Part shown: piece after piece, positions 7,210 to 13,918 of the stretch
Layout: the number at the start of each line of letters is the position of its first letter
Numbering within the stretch: position 1 is the first letter of the stretch
Assembly: GCA_034661095.1 (NCBI GenBank)
Contig: JAYEKQ010000041.1
Location: 1 to 34,109, forward strand
DNA: 34,109 nt
Source: Patescibacteria group bacterium
GTDB taxonomy: Bacteria; Patescibacteriota; Minisyncoccia; Minisyncoccales; PWPS01
Direction of reading: 5' to 3'
Position numbers and translations under genes: made by a program
Notes under the pieces: model-generated
Told to the model about the DNA's origin: nothing
The model's database searches: none
What the model saw: the letters and a program-made list of their open reading frames with translations, nothing else

Positions 7210-7455
7210 ATGCCTAGATTTAATGGAAGTGGTCCTCTTGGATATGGTCCAATGACTGGAAGAGGAATGGGTCCTTGCCAAGGTTATGGAGTAGGAGGTG
7301 GAAGAGGTTACGGAATGGGTTATGGAATGGGATACGGAAGAAGATTTTACAGCAGAAAAGAAGAAACAGAAATGTTGAAAGAAGAAGTAGAAGAATTAAA
7401 GAATGAACTTGAAGCAGCAAAAGAAAGATTATCTGAAGTAGAGGGTCAGAAATAA
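7210..7455 (+). CDS. DUF5320-family protein with a Gly/Tyr-rich N-terminus and a C-terminal coiled coil
   Basis: 'MPRFNGSGPLGYGPMTGRGMGPC' is followed by GYG repeats and then 'EEVEELKNELEAAKERLSEVE', which is typical of DUF5320. Confidence 0.8.
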   Translation: MPRFNGSGPLGYGPMTGRGMGPCQGYGVGGGRGYGMGYGMGYGRRFYSRKEETEMLKEEVEELKNELEAAKERLSEVEGQK

Positions 7456-7457
7456 AA

Positions 7458-7506
7458 AGAAGGCCTTGGAATCGCCTCGCATAAAGCGAGGCGATGATGG
7501 TCTTCT
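7458..7506 (+). other. Stable intercistronic stem-loop between the DUF5320 and DUF134 genes
   Basis: The inner stem is a perfect 10 bp (ATCGCCTCGC/GCGAGGCGAT, 7471-7495) and the outer 8-bp stem is AGAAGGCC/GGTCTTCT. There is no T-run, so it is more likely a processing or stability element than a terminator. Confidence 0.5.
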
Positions 7507-7515
7507 TCAATATTT

Positions 7516-7794
7516 ATGCCAAGACCAAGACTACAGAGAAGAGTTTGTTTTTCACCATTAGTTTCTTATTTTAAACCAAGAGGAGTTCCTCTTAAAAATT
7601 TAGAGGTTATGGAGTTAAACATTGAAGAAGTTGAAGCCCTAAGATTAAAAAATATAGAACAGTTGGGGCAAGTTGAGTGTGCAAAAAAAATGAAAACATC
7701 ACAAAGCACCTTTCAAAGAATACTTTCTTCAGCTTATAAAAAAACATCAGAAGCTTTAATAAAAGGGAAAGCAATTAAAATAATTAAAAAGTAA
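7516..7794 (+). CDS. DUF134 (UPF0251) family putative DNA-binding protein
   Basis: 'MPRPRLQRRVCFSPLVSYFKPRGVP' plus an HTH-like segment 'QVECAKKMKTSQSTFQRIL' is the canonical DUF134 signature. Confidence 0.85.
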   Translation: MPRPRLQRRVCFSPLVSYFKPRGVPLKNLEVMELNIEEVEALRLKNIEQLGQVECAKKMKTSQSTFQRILSSAYKKTSEALIKGKAIKIIKK

Positions 7795-7806
7795 AGTTAC
7801 TTTTTT

Positions 7807-7835
7807 TTGACATTGTTGGGGTTTTGTTGTATATT
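7807..7835 (+). promoter_or_regulatory. Candidate promoter for the DEAD-box helicase gene
   Basis: TTGACA (7807-7812), a 17-nt spacer and TATATT (7830-7835). Confidence 0.45.
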
Positions 7836-7857
7836 TAAAAATATGAGATAAGTCACT

Positions 7858-7889
7858 GCTCGCAAGAGGATGTATCTGGCGAGCTTTTT
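7858..7889 (+). promoter_or_regulatory. Terminator-like hairpin in the helicase 5' leader (possible attenuator)
   Basis: A GCTCGC/GCGAGC stem with a 15-nt loop is followed by T5 and ends 20 nt before ATG 7910. Confidence 0.35.
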
Positions 7890-7909
7890 ATTTGAATAAC
7901 AATAATTAT

Positions 7910-9100
7910 ATGTATAAAAAACAAAAAAGATCTTTTGGAAAGAAAAGATCATTTCGCAAAAAAGAGGGAGGAAGAAAAGAAAAAGGCGGTAAAACTTTTT
8001 CTAAATATATAAAATCCTCAAAATTTGTTAATAAATTGGAACAGAATAAAAACATTTATGTTTCACAAAATAAATTTGTTGATTTTGATATTGATAAAAA
8101 ACTGAAAGAAAATATCAGTAAGAAAGGATATGAAACTCCGACAGAGATTCAAGACAAAACAATTCCTCTTATTTTAGAAGGAAAGGATGTTATTGGAGTT
8201 GCAAATACTGGAACAGGAAAAACAGGAGCATTCTTGCTTCCACTAATAGACAAAGTTTTTAAAAATAAAAAACAAAAAGTTTTCATAATTACTCCAACAA
8301 GAGAGCTTGCTTTTCAAATAAACGAAGAGCTTTTTTCTTTAATAAAGAATATGAATATTCGGTCAGTGGTTTGTATCGGTGGCTCAAATATGTTTAATCA
8401 AGTTAAAAAAATAAAAGAAAATCCAAGCTTTGTCATTGGAACTCCTGGTCGTTTAAAAGATCTTGTAATGAGGAAAAAACTATTTATTAAAACATTTTCA
8501 AACATTGTTATTGATGAAGCAGATAGAATGCTTGATATGGGATTTTTAGATGATGTTCGTTTTCTTACAAATGAACTTTGTGATGTTCGTCAGTCACTAC
8601 TTTTTTCTGCAACTATCTCTCCTGAAATTGAAAAAGTAATAAATAGCTTTTCAAAAGATCCAGTGAAGATTTCTGTAAAGACAAGAGAAACAGCAGAAAA
8701 TGTAGATCAAGACATTGTTCGCACAAATAGCAGTAAAGAAAAAATAGAAAAACTTTGTAAGTTTTTGGAAAACAAAAAAGAATTTAAAAAGGTTCTTATT
8801 TTTGGAAGAACAAGAAGGGGTGTTGAAAATTTATCAAAAGATTTAAACAAAAAGGGATTTACGGTAGTTTCTATTCACGGAGACAAGACACAGACAAAAA
8901 GACAGCAAGCGTTAAGTTTGTTCAAAAAAGGAGGAGTTCAGTCGCTTGTAGCAACTGATGTGGCAGCTCGTGGACTGGATATAGACAATGTAAGTCATGT
9001 TATTAATTTTGATGTTCCTGCTACTTATGATGACTATATTCATCGTATTGGAAGGACAGGAAGAGGAGACAAGACAGGTATTGCTCTTACTTTTGTATAA
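7910..9100 (+). CDS. DEAD-box ATP-dependent RNA helicase with a Lys/Arg-rich N-terminal extension
   Basis: Motifs present are 'TPTEIQ' (Q), 'ANTGTGKT' (I), 'PTRELA', 'DEAD', 'SAT' and 'HRIGRTGR'. I prefer the ATG at 7910 to the TTG at 7892. Confidence 0.95.
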   Translation: MYKKQKRSFGKKRSFRKKEGGRKEKGGKTFSKYIKSSKFVNKLEQNKNIYVSQNKFVDFDIDKKLKENISKKGYETPTEIQDKTIPLILEGKDVIGVANTGTGKTGAFLLPLIDKVFKNKKQKVFIITPTRELAFQINEELFSLIKNMNIRSVVCIGGSNMFNQVKKIKENPSFVIGTPGRLKDLVMRKKLFIKTFSNIVIDEADRMLDMGFLDDVRFLTNELCDVRQSLLFSATISPEIEKVINSFSKDPVKISVKTRETAENVDQDIVRTNSSKEKIEKLCKFLENKKEFKKVLIFGRTRRGVENLSKDLNKKGFTVVSIHGDKTQTKRQQALSLFKKGGVQSLVATDVAARGLDIDNVSHVINFDVPATYDDYIHRIGRTGRGDKTGIALTFV

Positions 9101-9193
9101 GTTTTTTTGTGATATAATGAAAATTATATGAAAAATAAAACTTTTGCATTTAAAATTTTATTTTTTTTGGTTGATGCTCAGCAATAAAGATCA

Positions 9194-9319
9194 ATGAGTC
9201 AGATTAATTCTCAAGAAAGAAGAATAGAGACGATAAAAAAATCAGTAAATCATCTCTTTTCTTTTATCGGCGAGGATAAAAAACAAGAAGAAGTAAGAGA
9301 AACAGGATACATTTTTTAA
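9194..9319 (+). pseudogene. 41-codon ORF resembling only the N-terminus of GTP cyclohydrolase I (possible gene remnant)
   Basis: 'MSQINSQERRIETIKKSVNHLFSFIGEDKKQEEVRETGYIF*' resembles the FolE N-terminus '..IE.[15 protein letters not shown].DTP'. The rest of the enzyme is absent. The call is from memory only. Confidence 0.2.
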
Positions 9320-9322
9320 ATT

Positions 9323-9943
9323 ATGTTTTTAAATAAAAAAATTATAAAAATAAGAGATGTTGAGTTTAAAGATCCAAATGCCATTGATAGGGTACTAGAT
9401 AAGTTTTTTCTGTTTACAATTCCTAAATTTGTAACTCCAAATCATCTCACAATTATTAGATATATCACTGTTCCAATCGTTTTCTTTCTTTTAATCTATC
9501 AGTATTACTTTTTGGGGTTACTTCTTTTTATATTTTCTGCCTTTACAGATGCCCTTGATGGAGCATTAGCAAGGACCAGAAAACAGATAACAAATTGGGG
9601 AAAGATTCATGACCCGCTTGCAGATAAACTTTTAATAGGATTTTCAGGAGTAGTTGTTATCAGTAAGTATATAGGAGTAGAAGTTATTATACTAATTATT
9701 ATTCTTGAAATATTAACAATTATTATTGCTCTTAGTCTTTATGATAAAAATAATAATTTAGGAGCAAAGTTACCTGGAAAGATAAAAATGATCTTTCAAT
9801 CATTGGGAGTTGGTTCTCTTCTTGTCTACGCAGTTCAATCAACTTCTCTTATTCTTCTTACTGCCACTATTCTTTTGTATATATCAATATTTTTTAGTGT
9901 CTTTAATCTTTTCTTCTGCTTGCTTGTTTCAAGATCAATATAA
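9323..9943 (+). CDS. CDP-alcohol phosphatidyltransferase family protein
   Basis: The motif 'DALDGALAR...G...DPLADK' (D-G-x2-A-R-x8-G-x3-D-x3-D) is present in a polytopic membrane profile. Confidence 0.85.
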   Translation: MFLNKKIIKIRDVEFKDPNAIDRVLDKFFLFTIPKFVTPNHLTIIRYITVPIVFFLLIYQYYFLGLLLFIFSAFTDALDGALARTRKQITNWGKIHDPLADKLLIGFSGVVVISKYIGVEVIILIIILEILTIIIALSLYDKNNNLGAKLPGKIKMIFQSLGVGSLLVYAVQSTSLILLTATILLYISIFFSVFNLFFCLLVSRSI

Positions 9944-9985
9944 GCACAAAGAAAAAAAATTGACACAGATGCAACCTGTGTCACT

Positions 9986-10021
9986 AAAAAATGCCATAGG
10001 TGACACCTATGGCATTTTTTT
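9986..10021. terminator. Bidirectional terminator built on the 25-nt palindrome, between convergent genes
   Basis: A5, ATGCCATAGGTGACACCTATGGCAT (9991-10015), then T7. A second hairpin, TGACACAG/CTGTGTCA (9961-9983), lies just upstream. Confidence 0.75.
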
Positions 10022-10026
10022 ATGAG

Positions 10027-11013
10027 TTAGTTTTTGTATTTTTCTAACTCTTCCTTTAATTGCTTGATCTCTTCTTTTAATTCTATCATCCTGTTTTCTC
10101 TTCCCATTGTTAAACGGTGAAATTTCTCAAGCTCAGTAATTCTGTTTTGCAGTTCTTTTGTTCTGTCTTGTATTTTTCCTTCTAATCCTTTGTTTAACTC
10201 TTCAAGTTCTCTTGTTCTTGCTTGGACTTTTATTTCAAGAGATTTTTTTGATTCTTGAAGTTCTATTTCTGACTCTTTAAGAATTTTATTTTGTTCTTTA
10301 ATTCGGTTGTAATTATTTTTAAGATCTTCTGCCAGTTTATTCAGGGTTTTTGCCAGTGTTCCTATCTCGTCTTTCGTAGGAACAGTAATGCGATGGTCAA
10401 GATTTCCCTTTCCCATAATTATAGCTCCTTTAGATACTTTTTCCAAAGGATTAAGAACAAGAATTTTTATTATCCAGAAAGATGCAAAAATATTACCGAA
10501 AAGAAGCAGTGTTCCAAGAATCCAGATTAATTGAATTTGAACATCCAAAAATTCTTCGTATTTTTCATCAGAAAGAAAAAATTTAACTTCTCCTAATCTT
10601 TTTGGACTTTGGTCTATCGGGTCATACATTATAAGAGAAGAAAAAGCATTGCCGCATTTAGTACAGGTGGTTATATCTTTTCTTTTATCTTCATCTACTA
10701 ATTCTGAAACATAATCAGCAACTATTTTTTCTTCATGATAAATTTGTATTCCAAGAATCTGAGAATCTTGTTTTCCTATATAATTAACAGAAAGCTGAAG
10801 AGCAGGATAATTGTAAGAAAGAAGATCCTCAATACAAAAATTAGAGAGGGCAGTTGCCATTGAGTTTCCATATGTTTTTATTTGATCTTGGATTATATCT
10901 CCGGTTTGACTTACTTGAAGATATAAGGCAACAACAAGAAAAAACAAAACTTCTATTCCAACTGCTCCAAATAGTTTTACTTTTAAAGAAAAAGGTTTTT
11001 TTAATGGTTTCAT
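10027..11013 (-). CDS. Membrane sensor-like protein (TM, extracytoplasmic domain, TM, HAMP, coiled coil) with no kinase or cyclase output
   Basis: There are two TM segments. The HAMP signature is 'LNPLEKVSKGAIIMGKGNLDHRI...KDEIGTLAKTLNKLAEDL'. The C-terminal module is 'RTRELEELNKGLE...RTKEL...LEKFHRLTMGRENRMIELKEEIKQLK'. Confidence 0.8.
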   Translation of the reverse strand: MKPLKKPFSLKVKLFGAVGIEVLFFLVVALYLQVSQTGDIIQDQIKTYGNSMATALSNFCIEDLLSYNYPALQLSVNYIGKQDSQILGIQIYHEEKIVADYVSELVDEDKRKDITTCTKCGNAFSSLIMYDPIDQSPKRLGEVKFFLSDEKYEEFLDVQIQLIWILGTLLLFGNIFASFWIIKILVLNPLEKVSKGAIIMGKGNLDHRITVPTKDEIGTLAKTLNKLAEDLKNNYNRIKEQNKILKESEIELQESKKSLEIKVQARTRELEELNKGLEGKIQDRTKELQNRITELEKFHRLTMGRENRMIELKEEIKQLKEELEKYKN

Positions 11014-11025
11014 TTTTCTTTTTTA

Positions 11026-12051
11026 TTATTTTCCCCAAACATCAAGATCATAGAATGTCTCTCCGTGAACAGCATCAATAGCTTTTTTTAAAGGAAGATA
11101 ATCTTCAATACTGATAGCAACAAATCTGTTGTAATTAGCATCAATTCTTTCATGAATCAAAGGATCAACTTCAACTGAAGAAAGAAGAGCACTTCTTACT
11201 TCTTCTATTTGTTCTTCAGAGAGTACACTTTTATTAGCTAATATTGGAAATTCTGGAACTGGAGCATGACGCCAAATTGACCTTATTGGAGCGTCATTTT
11301 CAAGAAATTTTTCCATTATTTTTTCATTAACAAAAGCTCCTTCAACAACCCCTTTTAAAAGAGCTTCAACTGCTTTGTCATGAGATCCTATGTACTGCAT
11401 TCCTCCATCGAAAAAGGTATCAGAATCAATTCCTTCTTCAATAAACATTGCTGATGGCATTAAGTTTCCTGATGTTGAGGAAACACTTGTTCCGGTAACT
11501 TTTTTTCCTTCTAAGTCCCAAATACTTTGATATGGTGAATCTTCAAGAACAAGAAGATCTCCTTGATATGTCGGAGATCCGGTACATCTTTCTCCACAAG
11601 CAAGAATTTCCATATCATCTCCGATATTACCATACGCTTGTATTGTTGTTACAGGAGCAAGATAAACAAGTTCTATATCTCCTTCTACAAAATCTTTTGT
11701 TACTGCACTATATCCTCCAAGTTCACCCTTAGTAGGATAAAACTTCATTTTTATATTGAGATCAGTATATTCATTTAAATAGTTTTCAAGAGCACCAAAA
11801 CGATTAAGCATCTCTGTTGGATTTTGTAATGGGAGAATTCCCATATAAATTACATTTTCTTCCTCTTCTTCACCAACTGGAATAACTGGAATAACTGGTT
11901 CAACTAGTTCTTCTTTTGTAACAAAGAAAACTAAAGTTGCGATTAAAATGATAATTGCCAAAACAACAACTCCGCCAAGAATCCACTTTTTAGGGTCTTG
12001 TTCTGGCTCTTCTTCGTATTCGTAATTATTAATTGTGTTTTCTTCATCCAT
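11026..12051 (-). CDS. PhnD-like (phosphonate/phosphite ABC-type) substrate-binding protein with an N-terminal membrane anchor
   Basis: Features are 'MGILPLQNPTEMLNRFGALENYL', 'GDIELVYLAPVT', 'YQGDLLVLEDSPYQSIWDLEGKKVTGTSVSSTSGNLMP' and one TM helix. It ends 12 nt upstream of the HAMP gene. Confidence 0.75.
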   Translation of the reverse strand: MDEENTINNYEYEEEPEQDPKKWILGGVVVLAIIILIATLVFFVTKEELVEPVIPVIPVGEEEEENVIYMGILPLQNPTEMLNRFGALENYLNEYTDLNIKMKFYPTKGELGGYSAVTKDFVEGDIELVYLAPVTTIQAYGNIGDDMEILACGERCTGSPTYQGDLLVLEDSPYQSIWDLEGKKVTGTSVSSTSGNLMPSAMFIEEGIDSDTFFDGGMQYIGSHDKAVEALLKGVVEGAFVNEKIMEKFLENDAPIRSIWRHAPVPEFPILANKSVLSEEQIEEVRSALLSSVEVDPLIHERIDANYNRFVAISIEDYLPLKKAIDAVHGETFYDLDVWGK

Positions 12052-12149
12052 AATTTTTTATTTTTAAGAGGTATAAGATACAAACTAATCATTTATCAGC
12101 TTATATCCTAGTTTATAAGCCCGACCTTTATTAAAATTCCTAATTACTT

Positions 12150-12553
12150 TAAGGGTGCGAGATTCGAACCAAATAATCTTTAGCGGAATCAGTTTTGAGG
12201 AAGTTTTGAGGCGTGAGGAGTGAAGCGATATGATAATATCGTGAACGACGAGCAACGAAAAAACTTTCCAAAACTGGTTCGCCCTTCGGGAAGCTCAAAA
12301 ATATACTGTCTGCTTCGTTTCTCCTCCTCAATGTAGTTAGCACTACCTTTCGTCGTCGTGCCTCGCATACAGTATATTTTTGAGCTTCTAAACTTACTTT
12401 ATTTGTTAAAGAAGGGGTTGTGGGAAGCTGATAAATGGTTGATTTCTGCGTCACTCCTCCTCAATGTAGCTATCGCTACCTTTCGTCGTCGTTTCTTGAA
12501 ATCAACTCATTTATCAGCTTCTAAAATTACTTGGTTCGAATCTCGTACCCTTA
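12150..12553. mobile_element. 404-nt nested-palindrome element: ~34-nt terminal inverted repeats enclosing three long hairpins with conserved loop boxes
   Basis: The termini are TAAGGGTGCGAGATTCGAACCAAATAATCTTTAG and CTAAAATTACTTGGTTCGAATCTCGTACCCTTA. The hairpins are at 12190-12276, 12290-12388 and 12424-12521. The 39-nt loop box occurs at 12321-12359 and 12454-12492. ORFs 12149..12454(-) and 12358..12618(+) look non-coding. Confidence 0.85.
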
Positions 12554-12642
12554 TAATAGTTAATTTTTTTATTTTATGCAAATGTTTTTGTTTTTTAATA
12601 TTATGTGTTATATTTTAAAGTATATATTAAAGTTTATTTTTT

Positions 12643-13917
12643 GTGAACAGTTTTCCAGTAAAAAAATTAATTATATTTTTTTTAATAGCAGTTTTAATGA
12701 TTACTGTTGTTTTTCTATTTACTATTTTTTATTCTGAAAAAATAAAAGCACCAGTTCATATTTCTGCAGAACCATTATCTTATAATGAGATATTTGTTTC
12801 TTGGGAAGAAGATGAGGAAATTAGCCACTATAATGTATATAGGGCAACAGACCAGAGTAACTCATATATTAAAATAGACTATACAAAAAAAGGAGAGTAT
12901 ATAGATAAAGACTTGATGCCTAGTACAGTATATTATTATAAAGTGACAAAAGTTGTTAATTATGAAGAAAGTGATTACAGCTCAAGAGCAAGTGTTTCTA
13001 CTAAACCAGTAATGCCAACGGGATTAAAAGCAACCTCTGAAGATTTTCAAGAAACAATGCGTCTTCAAGTTAACCTTGACTGGAACTACTCTTTTGTTGC
13101 TGACAACTATAATATATATAGATCTTCTCAAGAAGAGGGTCCTTATGAAAAAATAGGAACAAGTAGTGTTGAGAGTTATGCCGATAATGACATTGAACAG
13201 GAAACGGTCTATTATTACACTATTACACAGGTTACAAATAATATAGAAAGTGTTTATAGTGATGTTGTAGAAGTTTTAACATCTGAAGAGTGGGTTTGTG
13301 GTGATATTATTAATTACGGAGGAAAAGATTATGAAACAGTAATAATCGGATCAAACTGTTGGTTTAATGAAAATTTAGATATTAGTGAAGAGGATGTTCA
13401 ATATGATTGTTCAGTTAAGAGATCTTGTTATCGTGGAGATTGTGATATCTATGGAGGGCAGTATGATTTTACATCTGCTTCCTGTAATCAAAAAAAAGAA
13501 GGTACAAGAGGTATCTGTCCCGTTGGATGGCGAATTCCTACTGATGATGACTGGGCTAATCTTGAAATTTCAATAGGGATGGATGAAGAAGAAGTAAATA
13601 CTTATGGATTTCGTGGAAGTAATGAAGCAAGCAAGATTTCTGATGGATATGAATTATGGTACCCTGGAGAACTAAGAGAGGATAAAGATTTTTCAACCTC
13701 TTCTTTTAACATTCTTCCAGGAGGATTTTGTGAATGGAAGCGTCGTAGAGCAGGAGAGGGAGTTGCTTTCTGGTCATCAACACCTTCTGAAGGAGATGCT
13801 GATTGTCGTCGTCACGGATACAGAGTAAGGATTTTAAAATATGATAATAATAAAATAATGCTAAATTGCTTTGTAAGTGACTATAAGGCTTATATTCGCT
13901 GTGCAAGGTCTTTGTAA
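12643..13917 (+). CDS. Membrane-anchored surface protein: two FN3-like domains plus a Cys-rich FISUMP (Fibrobacter succinogenes major paralogous) domain
   Basis: It has an N-terminal TM and two 'W....Y.VYR......Y.KI.......Y.D..L...T.YYYKV' FN3 repeats. The FISUMP signature is 'DYETVIIGSNCWFNENL...CY...C..YGGQY....A...CPVGWRIPTDDDW'. The start is GTG. Confidence 0.85.
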   Translation: MNSFPVKKLIIFFLIAVLMITVVFLFTIFYSEKIKAPVHISAEPLSYNEIFVSWEEDEEISHYNVYRATDQSNSYIKIDYTKKGEYIDKDLMPSTVYYYKVTKVVNYEESDYSSRASVSTKPVMPTGLKATSEDFQETMRLQVNLDWNYSFVADNYNIYRSSQEEGPYEKIGTSSVESYADNDIEQETVYYYTITQVTNNIESVYSDVVEVLTSEEWVCGDIINYGGKDYETVIIGSNCWFNENLDISEEDVQYDCSVKRSCYRGDCDIYGGQYDFTSASCNQKKEGTRGICPVGWRIPTDDDWANLEISIGMDEEEVNTYGFRGSNEASKISDGYELWYPGELREDKDFSTSSFNILPGGFCEWKRRRAGEGVAFWSSTPSEGDADCRRHGYRVRILKYDNNKIMLNCFVSDYKAYIRCARSL

Positions 13918-13918
13918 T

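Noticed and set aside
9810-10025. ORF 9810..10025(+) extending past the phosphatidyltransferase gene.
   Set aside because: It is an alternative frame of the real gene's 3' end. It continues through the two terminator hairpins; its C-terminal 'AIGDTYGIF' is the palindrome translated.
12149-12618. ORFs 12149..12454(-) and 12358..12618(+) from the track.
   Set aside because: Both run through the nested palindromes and overlap each other on opposite strands. They have no SD and have odd composition. The region is better explained as a non-coding repeat or structured element.
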